Shown: positions 1-9,176, counted from the first letter of the stretch. The stretch: DNA of 46,783 nucleotides from an archaeon (GCA_043822065.1 JBDRCC010000019.1:1-46783), one strand, 5' to 3'. Notes: a model not told the origin generated them from the letters alone. Numbers and translations are program-made.

Positions 1-164
1 ACAAGCTCGCAGGCGCGCCCGAGCTCGGACGCCTGGAAGCCGAGGCGCTTGAACCTGCTGGCGTAGCCGCCAAGGAGGGTCGGGTCAAATCCTTTTATCT
101 TGTCCAGGCTGGCAATGTCTATGCTCCCGCTTGATTTTTTCCTCCGGAAGGACTGGTTTTTCAT
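1..164 (-). CDS. dys: Deoxyhypusine synthase, N-terminal part (runs off window edge)
   Basis: Hand translation from ATG at 164 gives MKNQSFRRKKSSGSIDIASLDKIKGFDPTLLGGYASRFKRLGFQASELGRACEL. GFQAxxLGxA is the characteristic DHS N-terminal motif. Not in the ORF track. Confidence 0.75.
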   Translation of the reverse strand, partial: MKNQSFRRKKSSGSIDIASLDKIKGFDPTLLGGYASRFKRLGFQASELGRACEL

Positions 165-177
165 GGATAGATTATCA

Positions 178-744
178 CTAAGGCGGTTTTAGTAGTTTCG
201 CTAACTCTTTGCCCCTCTCGCTGCCAGGGTAGGCTGAAATGAAGCCTGACGCGCCCTTGCCAAGTATGCGCAAGGACGCAAGGTAGAGGATTGCAATTGA
301 GTTTTCTATGCTTGATACTATGAGGTTTAAGATGTCGTAGTCGGATTTGTCAAAGAGCTCGTCGACTTCGCATGCAAGCTTCTGGTTTGCTGAAAACTCC
401 TCAAGCAGGGACAGCGGCTTCTGCTTCCTTTCCTTTTTTGAGAGCTCGGCAGAGAACCGGGTGAGGAAGGAAAGCGAGCTTTTTACGAGCTCTTCTAAGG
501 CAGATATCAGGTCTGCGGGCACAGTATACTGCTTAGAATATTTTTCCTTTTGCTTCATGCGCGGGACGGCAGCTTGCTGGAGCTTCACATACCGGTTGTC
601 CATGTAGTCGTGAGCCCTGCCAAGCTTTGCCTCTGCCATCTCAAGCAATGCGGAATCTTGGCTGATAGGTGGCGCCAAAGAGTCCTTGATAATCTGGATT
701 AGAAGCATAGTATCGACCTGTACAGTTGGTTTCCAGCGGTCCAT
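178..744 (-). CDS. Hypothetical helical protein (188 aa)
   Basis: ORF packed between the KaiC-like gene (1 nt gap) and the DHS gene on the same strand. No recognisable motif. Confidence 0.65.
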   Translation of the reverse strand: MDRWKPTVQVDTMLLIQIIKDSLAPPISQDSALLEMAEAKLGRAHDYMDNRYVKLQQAAVPRMKQKEKYSKQYTVPADLISALEELVKSSLSFLTRFSAELSKKERKQKPLSLLEEFSANQKLACEVDELFDKSDYDILNLIVSSIENSIAILYLASLRILGKGASGFISAYPGSERGKELAKLLKPP

Positions 745-745
745 C

Positions 746-2539
746 TCAGATCTGCTCGAAGACCTCTGCGGAGGGGTAGACTTTTATCCCAGAGCCGGTG
801 TTGATTGTCATCGGGACAATCTTCTGCTTGTGCTCTGCGCCCCTCAGCTTCAGGATTTCTATCGCCCTTGAGCGGAGGTTGCCCTTCGTGACGTTGTACA
901 TGACAATCACGCCGTCGGCTAAGAACTCCTCGATTCCGGTCTTTGAGTAGGTGTGCTCGGTGAAGACGGTTTCCGATATGAGGAAGCTCGTGGAGCCGAT
1001 TTTCTTGAGGTAGTTGAACAGCTGCTCGACATAAATCCTGTACTCCGCGTCTTTTTCCGTGAAGGCTGCCGCCAGCGCAGAAATGGAGTCGATTATTATC
1101 CTGTCCGGCTTAATCCCGGAGGGTATCAGGTCGCCGATTTCGCCGATGTCTATGCGTATCTCGTTTCTTGCCTTGGCAAGCAGGCCGGCGATTGAGCGCG
1201 AGACTGAGAACGGGTCGATTTTGTGGATCGTCAGTTTACCCTGCTTTTCGTATTTCCGCGGATCCCAGCCGAAGTCCTCCATGTGCTGCCGGAGGCTATC
1301 AGGCGGCTCCTCGAGCGTGATGTAGAGGCAGGTTTCGCCGCTTTCAAGGCCGTGGTAGAGCGTCTGGAGGCAGAATATTGTCTTGCCAGAGCCGGGGCCT
1401 CCTGCGACAAGCATGGTCGAGCCTTTTGGTATGCCCTTCGTAGTGAGTTCATCGAAGCCGGGTATTCCAGTTGTAACCCATTTAGATGGCTCGGCTTTCA
1501 GCTTTCCTTTGGGTGCCTGGGCTGCTGCAAGCTGGCGGAGCTGGTTGGATGGTATCATTTCCTGGTCAGTGTCCTCCTTTTTTGTTTCGTGAACGTCCTC
1601 TGCGGATACGCCGTCCGTAGCCCGTGCCCTATATGCCTGCCGCTCTTTTATTTTTTGCTGTTTCGCCTTCTCCTTCTGCAGGCGCAGTTCCCCCTTCTTG
1701 CGGAGCTTCGCCGCTTTTGCCTCCCCGGCCAGGCGCGCCTTTTCTGCCTTTGCCATTTCCTTGAGGCGCCGTATCTCCACCTTCTTCTTTTCGGCAATAA
1801 ATTTCCTGTTCTGGCGCTCTGTTTTGCCCCTTTCAAGTGAGCGTGATATGCTCTTAAGGAGGGATGGCCTGCGCTTTTTTTCCATCTCCCGCTTAAGGCG
1901 CGTTTCTTCGGCCTGGGCCTGCTTTTTGCGCTGCTCCTCGGCTTTTTTCTTTTCCTCGGCAAGGCGGAACTTTTCCCGCTCGAGCCGCTTTCTTTCACGC
2001 TCGCGCGTGAGGGATGCGAAGAAGCCTTGCTTTTTCTCCTTTGCAAGCGCCTTCTGGCGGCGGAGCTCCTCCTTTTCACGGAGCCTGGCTTTTTTGGCTT
2101 CCTCTTTCACGCGGTGCTTTTCCTCTTTTTCACGGAGTTTCTCTTTTTTGAATTCTTCCTTGTGGCGGAGGTGCTCGGCCTTTTCCTCCTGCCTTGCCCG
2201 CTCTGCATGCCCCTTGAACTTGATTTTCTGCTGGAGCTCAAACCTCCTTTTTCGCTCTGCCTCGAGCTTTGCATTGCGCTTGGCTGCGGCTTCCCGCTTC
2301 CTTGCGAGCTCTGCCTTTTTTAGGGCGTCGGCTTTCTTGCGCTTCTGCAGCGCAGCTTTGCGCTCGGATTCGAGCCTCTTCTGCCTCTTTGCGTCAGCTG
2401 CCTGCTTCCGCTCGAGCTCGCGCTTCCGTTTCTCTGCTATTTTAGCCCTCTGGCGCTCAAGGCTCCTTTTTTTCAATGAGAGCGTTACACGCTTTAGAAA
2501 GGGCATCTTCTCCTTTTTTTCGCGCCGTCTTTTTGGCAT
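746..2539 (-). CDS. KaiC-like (RecA superfamily) single-domain ATPase with about 340-aa N-terminal K/R/E-rich helical extension
   Basis: C-terminal TGIPGFDE, Walker A GGPGSGKT, YITLEE, Walker B IIIDSIS, EEFLADGVI and RAIEILKLRG. The N-terminus is low-complexity and charged. Confidence 0.85.
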   Translation of the reverse strand: MPKRRREKKEKMPFLKRVTLSLKKRSLERQRAKIAEKRKRELERKQAADAKRQKRLESERKAALQKRKKADALKKAELARKREAAAKRNAKLEAERKRRFELQQKIKFKGHAERARQEEKAEHLRHKEEFKKEKLREKEEKHRVKEEAKKARLREKEELRRQKALAKEKKQGFFASLTRERERKRLEREKFRLAEEKKKAEEQRKKQAQAEETRLKREMEKKRRPSLLKSISRSLERGKTERQNRKFIAEKKKVEIRRLKEMAKAEKARLAGEAKAAKLRKKGELRLQKEKAKQQKIKERQAYRARATDGVSAEDVHETKKEDTDQEMIPSNQLRQLAAAQAPKGKLKAEPSKWVTTGIPGFDELTTKGIPKGSTMLVAGGPGSGKTIFCLQTLYHGLESGETCLYITLEEPPDSLRQHMEDFGWDPRKYEKQGKLTIHKIDPFSVSRSIAGLLAKARNEIRIDIGEIGDLIPSGIKPDRIIIDSISALAAAFTEKDAEYRIYVEQLFNYLKKIGSTSFLISETVFTEHTYSKTGIEEFLADGVIVMYNVTKGNLRSRAIEILKLRGAEHKQKIVPMTINTGSGIKVYPSAEVFEQI

Positions 2540-2624
2540 GGGATGGAAAGATAATTGGGGCGGCTTTTATACGTTTTTTTGTCCCTTAGATAACATTAAA
2601 TATGCCAAAAACGAAGAATTCTGC

Positions 2625-2837
2625 ATGGAAAGCCTAAACGCCAGGTTCGTGGACGCCCAGAAGGCTTTGGAGGAGTTCGCGGGCAAAAAGTGCTGGTTCT
2701 GCGCAGCTGAGCTTGAGAATGAGAACAAGTGGGAAAAGCACGGCCACGTTTGCACTGACTGCGGCAGAGAGGTTGGGGCGGAGCTTACGCTCGACTGCGG
2801 AAGGCTCGCCTTCAAGCCGGCACTCGACATAGAGTAA
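2625..2837 (+). CDS. Small putative zinc-finger protein (70 aa)
   Basis: MESLNARF...CWFC...HVCTDC...ALDIE contains two CxxC pairs, with AT-rich ATTAAATA upstream. It is the real 3' part of the 1698..2837 track ORF. Confidence 0.6.
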   Translation: MESLNARFVDAQKALEEFAGKKCWFCAAELENENKWEKHGHVCTDCGREVGAELTLDCGRLAFKPALDIE

Positions 2838-2869
2838 TCTTGATATATTAGTAGCCCGTTTTTGAATAC

Positions 2870-3604
2870 ATGGCTAGCCTACTCCTGACAATAATTGGTG
2901 CAAGCGTCATAATAAGCCTTATCTCTCTGGTCGGCGTCTTCGGGCTTGCGGTTAAGGATGACATTCTCAAGAAGCTCCTCCTCGTGCTCATTGGGCTTGC
3001 GAGCGGCGGCCTGCTGGGCGGGGCATTTTTCCACCTTCTTCCCGAGGTGATGGGCGCGGGCGAGATAATTTTTGTTTATCTGATGGTGGGCTTCGTCCTG
3101 TTTTTCATTACTGAGAAGTACCTGTACTGGAGGCACTGCCACGATGGCAAGTGCGAGATACACACGTTCACATACATGAACATGATAGGGGACATGATAC
3201 ACAATTTCATCGACGGGCTTGTAATCGCTGGGAGCTTCCTTGTGGGCACCCACGTCGGCTGGATAACCACGCTTGCGGTTGCGATGCACGAGATACCCCA
3301 GGAGCTCGGCGACTTTGCGGTTTTTGTATATGGCGGCTTCAGCAAGTCCAAAGCACTTGTCTACAACTTCCTCAGCGCGCTTACCGCCGTTGCCGGCGCG
3401 GTTTTCGGGTTTTACCTCGGCGGGCATGTTGAGGGCCTAACCGTATTCCTCCTCCCGTTTGCGGCGGGCGGGTTCATATACATCGCTAGCTCTGACCTAA
3501 TACCTGAGCTGCACAAGGAGCCAGACAAGAAGAAGAGCATGATTTCCTTCCTTATGTTCGTAGTCGGGCTGGTCCTCATGTGGGGGCTGACCCTCCTCGA
3601 GTAG
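2870..3604 (+). CDS. ZIP family divalent metal (zinc) transporter
   Basis: Multiple TM helices; FFHLLPE, His-rich loop WRHCHDGKCEIH, HNFIDG, HEIPQELGDF, FIYIASSDLIPELH. Confidence 0.92.
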   Translation: MASLLLTIIGASVIISLISLVGVFGLAVKDDILKKLLLVLIGLASGGLLGGAFFHLLPEVMGAGEIIFVYLMVGFVLFFITEKYLYWRHCHDGKCEIHTFTYMNMIGDMIHNFIDGLVIAGSFLVGTHVGWITTLAVAMHEIPQELGDFAVFVYGGFSKSKALVYNFLSALTAVAGAVFGFYLGGHVEGLTVFLLPFAAGGFIYIASSDLIPELHKEPDKKKSMISFLMFVVGLVLMWGLTLLE

Positions 3605-3610
3605 CGCCTC

Positions 3611-3629
3611 ATAAATTATATAAATTATT
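3611..3629 (+). promoter_or_regulatory. Probable archaeal TATA box upstream of aclBA
   Basis: ATAAATTATATAAATTATT in the short intergenic gap. Purine-rich GGGGGT just before the ATG is RBS-like. Confidence 0.45.
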
Positions 3630-3661
3630 CTAGGTTAGCTTAGAGACTTTAGGGGGTATCA

Positions 3662-4936
3662 ATGGCGCAAAGGGGTATTCGAGAGTATGACGGCAAGAGG
3701 CTTATGGCAAAGTTTGTCCCGGACTATTGGAAGGGCTTCAACTACCCGGGAAAGATAGTCTTCGTCGACCCGAAGACTGACATGAAAAAGCTGGCTGAAC
3801 AGAACAAGTGGCTCCAAAAAGACAAGCTCGTGGTAAAGCCTGACCAGCTGTTTGGAAAGCGGGGGAAGCACAAACTTCTTCTACTGAATGCGAACTATCC
3901 CGAGGCGCAGAAATGGATTAAAGAAAGGATGAACAAAAAGTTCACTGTCGGAAAGACCACTGGAATACTCACGGACTTCATGATAGAGCCGTTCGTCCCG
4001 CACGACGGGAACGAGGAGTACTACGTCGCGATAAAGACTGAGCGGGAGGGGGACACGGTTTACTTCTCCACCAAGGGCGGGATATTCGTAGAGGAAAACT
4101 GGGACAAGGTCTCTTCGGCAAGCATACCAATCGGTGGAAGCCTCGACCCGAAGACGCTTGAAAGCCTGGTATCCAAGGCTCCGCCGAAGCGGAGGGAAGA
4201 GATAAAGAGCTTCATAGGCGCGCTTTACAAGTTCTTTGCCGACCTGAACTTCACCTACCTGGAGATAAATCCGTTCACCTTTTCAGGAAAGGAGCTGATG
4301 CCCCTTGACCTGGTCGCAAGGGTGGACGACACGGCCGAATTCGAGAGCGGCTCGAAGTGGGGGAAGCTAGCCTTCCCGGCTCCATTCGGAAGGGTTCTCT
4401 CTGAAGAGGAGGCATACGTAAAGAGCCTTGACGAGAAGACTGGCGCAAGCCTGAAGCTTACTATCCTGAACAGGGATGGGAGGATATGGACCATGGTCGC
4501 CGGCGGAGGCGCAAGCGTGATATTCGCAGATACCGTCGCAGACCTCGGGTTCGCAGGCGAGCTCGCAAACTACGGCGAGTACTCAGGCGACCCGGACGAG
4601 GAGTTCACCTACCTTTATGCGAAGACCATACTCGACCTGATGACGATGAAGAAAGACCCGCGCGGTAAGGTGCTGATAATCGGCGGTGGAATTGCGAACT
4701 TCACCGACGTCGCGGCCACCTTCAAGGGGATAAACAGGGCCCTGCGGGAGCATGCGAAAAAGCTCAGGGAGAACAAGGTCAAGATATACGTCCGCAGGGG
4801 CGGACCAAACTACCAGGAGGGCCTGAAGCAGATTAAGGACGTCGCAGAGGAGTGCGGGCTCAACATGGAAGTCTACGGGCCGGAGATGCACATGACGCGT
4901 GTGGTTTCAATGGCGCTCAAAGGGGGTAAAAAATGA
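3662..4936 (+). CDS. aclB: ATP-citrate lyase small (beta, ATP-grasp/citrate-binding) subunit
   Basis: AQRGIREYDGK, LVVKPDQLFGKRGK, YLEINPF, SLKLTILN, WTMVAGGGASV, ANYGEYSG, IGGGIANFTDVAATFKGI, VRRGGPNY. Confidence 0.93.
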   Translation: MAQRGIREYDGKRLMAKFVPDYWKGFNYPGKIVFVDPKTDMKKLAEQNKWLQKDKLVVKPDQLFGKRGKHKLLLLNANYPEAQKWIKERMNKKFTVGKTTGILTDFMIEPFVPHDGNEEYYVAIKTEREGDTVYFSTKGGIFVEENWDKVSSASIPIGGSLDPKTLESLVSKAPPKRREEIKSFIGALYKFFADLNFTYLEINPFTFSGKELMPLDLVARVDDTAEFESGSKWGKLAFPAPFGRVLSEEEAYVKSLDEKTGASLKLTILNRDGRIWTMVAGGGASVIFADTVADLGFAGELANYGEYSGDPDEEFTYLYAKTILDLMTMKKDPRGKVLIIGGGIANFTDVAATFKGINRALREHAKKLRENKVKIYVRRGGPNYQEGLKQIKDVAEECGLNMEVYGPEMHMTRVVSMALKGGKK

Positions 4937-6783
4937 GGGAATACGAGCTTTTCAGCAGGGACACCCAGGCGGTAATTTACAACAACCAGAGGAACGCGGT
5001 ACAGCGGATGCTCGACTTTGACGCACTGTGCGAGAGGAAGACCCCAAGCGTTGCGTGCATAGTGAACGAGACGCGCGGAGGGTTTGAGAAATTCTTCTTC
5101 GGCAGGAACGAGCTGCTCATACCGATGTACAGGACGCTGGAGGAAGCGCTGGAAAGGCACCCGAACGTAGACGTGATGATAAACTTCGCCTCGTTCAGGT
5201 CGGCCTACGCCACAAGCAAGAAGGCGCTCGAGTCGAAGAAAATCAGGACGGTCGCGATAATCGCCGAAGGCGTGCCGGAGAGGCGGGCAAGGGAGCTTGC
5301 GGCCCTGGCGCGGAAGAATGGCAAGGTCATAATAGGGCCTTCGACAGTCGGCGGGCTTACAGCAGGCGCATTCAAGATAGGCAACACAGCAGGGACGATT
5401 GAGAATATCTTCGCCTCCAGGCTTTACAGGCCGGGGTGCGTCGGCTTCGTCTCGAAGTCTGGCGGCATGCTGAACGAGGCGTTCAACATCATATCGCGGA
5501 ACTCGAACGGCGTTTACGAGGGGATAGCCATCGGCGGGGACAAGTACCCTGGCTCGACCCTTATGGACCACGTCGTGAGGTATGAGAAGAACCCGAACAT
5601 AAAGATGATAGTGGTCCTAGGGGAGCTCGGCGGCAAGGAGGAGTACAGGATTGTCGACGCCATGAAGGCTGGCAAGGTAAAGAAGCCCCTCGTCGCGTGG
5701 GTGACCGGGACTTGCGCAAAGGTCTTCCCGTCGGAAGTCCAGTTCGGGCACGCCGGGGCAAAGGCGGGCGCCCAGGAGGAGACTGCCGATGCAAAGAACG
5801 CAGCCCTCAAGGCGGCTGGCGCGATAGTGCCGAAGTCGTTCGACGACTTTGACGATGCAATAAGCAAGACGTACCAGTCCCTCAAGAAAAAGGGCATTGC
5901 CAAAGACATCCCTGACAAAGAGGGGCTCACTTTCCCGCTTGAGTTCAACAAGGCAGTGAAGGCAGGGGTTGTCAGAAAGCCCACGAGCTTCATCTGCACA
6001 ATTTCCGACGAGCGCGGGGACGAGCACGAGTATCTAGGCAAGCCGATAACCGAAATAATCGCGGAGAACCGCTCAATCGGGGACATCGTCGCGATGCTCT
6101 GGTTCGGGAGGGAGCTGCCGAAGTGGGCGACCAACTACATCGAGCTCATAGTGAAAATCGTCGCTGACCACGGGCCCGCGGTTTCGGGGGCGCACAATGC
6201 GATAGTCGCATCGAGAGCCGGCAAGGACGTAATATCCTGCCTCTGCTCAGGGCTGCTGACGATAGGCCCGCGGTTCGGAGGCGCAATCGACGGCGCTGCC
6301 AAGTACATGAAGGACGCCTGCGACGCCGGAATGACCCCGGAGCAGTTTGTCAGGGACATGAAGGACAAGGGGATACTCATCCCGGGGATAGGGCACAGGA
6401 TAAAGAGCCTTGAGAACCCTGACAAAAGGGTTGAACTCCTGAAGAACTACGTCAAGAAGAACTTCCCGAAGACGAAGTACCTCGACTATGCGATTGAGGT
6501 TGAGCAGGTTACGACCAAGAAGCGCAACACGCTGATACTGAACGTAGACGGCTGCGTCGGGGTGACGTTCGTCGATCTGATGAACAGCGTCGGCTTCAGC
6601 CAGGACGAGATAAGCAGGTTCATCGACATGGGCGTGCTTAACGCGCTGTTCGTCTGGGGAAGGAGCATCGGCTTCATCGGGCACATCCTCGACCAGAAGA
6701 GGCTGGACGCGGACCTTTACAGGCACCCGTGGGACGACATCCTCTTCATAAAGCCGGAAAAGAAATCCAAGGGCAAGAACTAA
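4933..6783 (+). CDS. aclA: ATP-citrate lyase large (alpha) subunit with citryl-CoA lyase domain
   Basis: QRMLDFD, INFASFRSA, IIAEGVPE, phospho-His motif QFGHAGA, ADHGPAVSGAHN, GPRFGGA, GIGHRIKS, LNVDG, LYRHPWDD. ATGA overlap with aclB. Confidence 0.93.
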   Translation: MREYELFSRDTQAVIYNNQRNAVQRMLDFDALCERKTPSVACIVNETRGGFEKFFFGRNELLIPMYRTLEEALERHPNVDVMINFASFRSAYATSKKALESKKIRTVAIIAEGVPERRARELAALARKNGKVIIGPSTVGGLTAGAFKIGNTAGTIENIFASRLYRPGCVGFVSKSGGMLNEAFNIISRNSNGVYEGIAIGGDKYPGSTLMDHVVRYEKNPNIKMIVVLGELGGKEEYRIVDAMKAGKVKKPLVAWVTGTCAKVFPSEVQFGHAGAKAGAQEETADAKNAALKAAGAIVPKSFDDFDDAISKTYQSLKKKGIAKDIPDKEGLTFPLEFNKAVKAGVVRKPTSFICTISDERGDEHEYLGKPITEIIAENRSIGDIVAMLWFGRELPKWATNYIELIVKIVADHGPAVSGAHNAIVASRAGKDVISCLCSGLLTIGPRFGGAIDGAAKYMKDACDAGMTPEQFVRDMKDKGILIPGIGHRIKSLENPDKRVELLKNYVKKNFPKTKYLDYAIEVEQVTTKKRNTLILNVDGCVGVTFVDLMNSVGFSQDEISRFIDMGVLNALFVWGRSIGFIGHILDQKRLDADLYRHPWDDILFIKPEKKSKGKN

Positions 6784-6974
6784 AGCTTCTTGTCCCTTGC
6801 GAAATTTTCGAACGACCTGTCGTACGTGGCTTCAGCCGCAGGCGAGAAGCAGCAGGCAGGAAGCTCGTCACTTTTAATGTGGTATGCCAGGCAGTCGCAG
6901 CAGCGCCCCTTCCTCGGGCATGGCTCATACGTGCAGGGGCAGTTTGAGACGTTCTTATTTATGTTGCACTCCAT
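6780..6974 (-). CDS. Small Cys-rich protein (DUF6485-like)
   Basis: CPCTYEPCPRKGRCCDCLAYH...ELPACCF...TYDRSFENF pattern recalled from a conserved small-protein family. Overlaps the Nudix gene end. Confidence 0.7.
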   Translation of the reverse strand: MECNINKNVSNCPCTYEPCPRKGRCCDCLAYHIKSDELPACCFSPAAEATYDRSFENFARDKKL

Positions 6975-7368
6975 TTTTCCTCCTCTTGAAGTCTCTGAGT
7001 ATTATTGCGTGGTCGAACGCCAGCTTTGGAAGGCGTTCCAAGTCAAACCACTGCGGCTCGGTTTCGTTCGACTCCTTGAGCCTGCCGGAAACGATTCTTG
7101 CAGAATATGCGGCAGCGGCAGTGTGCCGCTTTGCATCGCGTTTCGGGTCGGAATATACCCCAAGAAGCCCGGTCAGCCTGACCTTGAGCCCTGTCTCCTC
7201 AAAGGCCTCACGGACGGCAGACTGCTCGGCAGTCTCGTGCGGCTCGACGAATCCGCCTGGAATGGCCCAGCAGCCCTTGTATGGCGGGAATTTCCTTTTG
7301 ACAAGGGCGACCCTGCTGCCTTTGGTTATGATAATGTCAACTGTCAGCGGGCGGGATTTCCTCTGCAT
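6955..7368 (-). CDS. Nudix hydrolase (ADP-ribose pyrophosphatase-like)
   Basis: Nudix box GGFVEPHETAEQSAVREAFEETGL; YSDPKRD; LAFDH. Confidence 0.9.
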   Translation of the reverse strand: MQRKSRPLTVDIIITKGSRVALVKRKFPPYKGCWAIPGGFVEPHETAEQSAVREAFEETGLKVRLTGLLGVYSDPKRDAKRHTAAAAYSARIVSGRLKESNETEPQWFDLERLPKLAFDHAIILRDFKRRKNGVQHK

Positions 7369-7374
7369 TTCTGA

Positions 7375-9099
7375 TTATTCTGCAAGCGAGCGCTGGTAGT
7401 AGCCCCTGACTTTTTTCTTGTCTTTTGCCGTAAGGCTCCTCTTGTAGAACTCTATCTTTTTGTCAGGGTTCTTCTTGTGCCATTCCGCCCAAGGAGTTGC
7501 AAATTTTGCCTGGACTTTGTCGCGGTATAGCGATGGAAGGACGTTGAACGCGCAGAACGGGACGCGCCTGCCGTCAGGCATTGCGTAATGGATGTTGCAC
7601 CGCTCCACCCTGTCGACATCGTAGTTGTAGAGGTCCATGAAGTGCATCATCCCGACGAATATGCTCTTGTGGTGGAATTCCCGGAGGCCATCATAGTCCC
7701 CTTTTACCATGGCGTCGTATAGCATCTTCCCTATTTTAAGGCCCTCCGGGACCTTTTCCTCGTCGACGAAGGACTTTATCTTGACAAGGAGCTTGGCAGT
7801 CGCCTTTGCTTTTGCTGTGTTGCCGCGCCCCCGCATCTCATTAGTGAGCGTGTCCAGGTATGCAAAGAATCCTTCGACGTCGAAGAACTGCGGAAGCGGG
7901 ATAAGCTCGCCGTTCTTGTCCCTGAACAGGTAGGTCGCCTTCCCGCAGGCAAAGTGGTTTGAGAACCTGTATCTCTGCCGCCCGGACAGCTCGTCCATGA
8001 AGTCAGAGACGCTCCGTACGCAGGGTATCGGGAAGAAGTCCTCCTTGCGTATTTTGCCCTTGCTCTGAATTTCTATTTTTTTTATGGCATCGGGTATTGT
8101 GATGCGCATCTGCCTGCGCTTCGCCCGCGGGGTCCTCCCGACGATGGATATCGGCTGGAAGTTTATTGCGCGGACTACGTCAACGTTTTTCCCGGCAAAG
8201 CGGATTATGTCCCAGAGCTCGTGGTCGTTCACGCCGTTGATGACCGTCGGGACCAGGGTCGCCATCAGCGGCAGGCCGCGCGGGCTTGCCGAAACGGACG
8301 CGCGCATGTTGTCAAGTATTCCTGGGATTTCCCAGTAGTTCTTCGGGTTGGACTCTGGGGAGACGCCGTCAAAGCTCAGGTAGACGGTGTTGACGTCTGC
8401 TGCGACGAGCGACTTTACAAAGGTCGGGTTCCGGTACATCTCTATCCCGTTGGTGTTGAACTGTATGTGGTCGTAGCCCTCCTCCTTTGCTATTTTCAGG
8501 ATTGCGATTATATCCTCCCTGACTGCAGGCTCTCCACCGGTGAACTGGACTGCGTTGCAGCCGACCGGCTTCTGGTTCTTCAGCTCCCGGAGCATTTTGC
8601 GTATCTGCTCAAGCGTCGGCTCGTATATTGCCTGGCCCTTCTTTGCATAGAAGAAGCAGTACCAGCAGTTTAGGTCGCAGCGGTTTGTTACGACGATATT
8701 TGCAAGCGCGGTCTGGGACTTGTGGTACGGGCACAGCCCGCAGTCCAGGGGGCAGTTGTGCTCTGATTCTGAAACGCGGACGCCTGGGGTCTCAATCTTT
8801 ATGCCCTTGTCCTGGAAGCGCTCGGCCCTGCGATACATGTCATAGTCGCCCCAGTAAAGCTCGTCGAATATCCCGTGCTTGGGGCATTTCTTTTTTATCA
8901 TGACGTTGTCTGCGTCGCGGTAAACCACTGCAAGAAGCTTCATTCTGGAGTATTTGCCCTCTTCTGCGCACTCGGGGCAGAGGCTCTGGGTAATCTTGAT
9001 TATGTCCGTTGTGTCATCTATAATCTCATGGACATTGCTCTCCCTAAGCTGTTTTGGCTTTATGTTGGGGCTTAGGTACTTCGAGAGGTTTTTTTTCAT
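7375..9099 (-). CDS. tes: Radical SAM tetraether (GDGT) lipid synthase Tes / MJ0619 family
   Basis: TQSLCPEC...KKCPKHG, CPLDCGLCPYH, CxxxCxxC in VTNRCDLNCWYCFFYA, YEPTLEQI, QFTGGEP, YLSFDG, NFQP, RITIPD, HFACG, MHFMDLYNYDVDRVERCNIHY...PFCAFN. Confidence 0.85.
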   Translation of the reverse strand: MKKNLSKYLSPNIKPKQLRESNVHEIIDDTTDIIKITQSLCPECAEEGKYSRMKLLAVVYRDADNVMIKKKCPKHGIFDELYWGDYDMYRRAERFQDKGIKIETPGVRVSESEHNCPLDCGLCPYHKSQTALANIVVTNRCDLNCWYCFFYAKKGQAIYEPTLEQIRKMLRELKNQKPVGCNAVQFTGGEPAVREDIIAILKIAKEEGYDHIQFNTNGIEMYRNPTFVKSLVAADVNTVYLSFDGVSPESNPKNYWEIPGILDNMRASVSASPRGLPLMATLVPTVINGVNDHELWDIIRFAGKNVDVVRAINFQPISIVGRTPRAKRRQMRITIPDAIKKIEIQSKGKIRKEDFFPIPCVRSVSDFMDELSGRQRYRFSNHFACGKATYLFRDKNGELIPLPQFFDVEGFFAYLDTLTNEMRGRGNTAKAKATAKLLVKIKSFVDEEKVPEGLKIGKMLYDAMVKGDYDGLREFHHKSIFVGMMHFMDLYNYDVDRVERCNIHYAMPDGRRVPFCAFNVLPSLYRDKVQAKFATPWAEWHKKNPDKKIEFYKRSLTAKDKKKVRGYYQRSLAE

Positions 9100-9176
9100 G
9101 CTTAATCGCTAGAACTCCTTGGAGTTAGAGGTTGTAATAAGCCAAAGTTTATATGAATTTCCTTGATTTGCAGGAC

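Noticed and set aside
746-1490. Circadian clock KaiC
   Set aside because: Single ATPase domain with no KaiA/KaiB nearby; generic archaeal KaiC-like ATPase.
1698-2624. 379-aa plus-strand ORF rich in F/S/L/R
   Set aside because: Antisense shadow of the K/E/R-rich KaiC arm. Only its last 70 codons (from 2625) look like a real gene.
3662-6783. Succinyl-CoA synthetase or citrate synthase
   Set aside because: ACL-specific motifs (GGGIANFT, NYGEYSG) and the fused citryl-CoA lyase domain identify ATP-citrate lyase.
7375-9099. MoaA or methanopterin methyltransferase annotation
   Set aside because: Length and auxiliary Cys motifs match the MJ0619/Tes family, whose older annotations were superseded.
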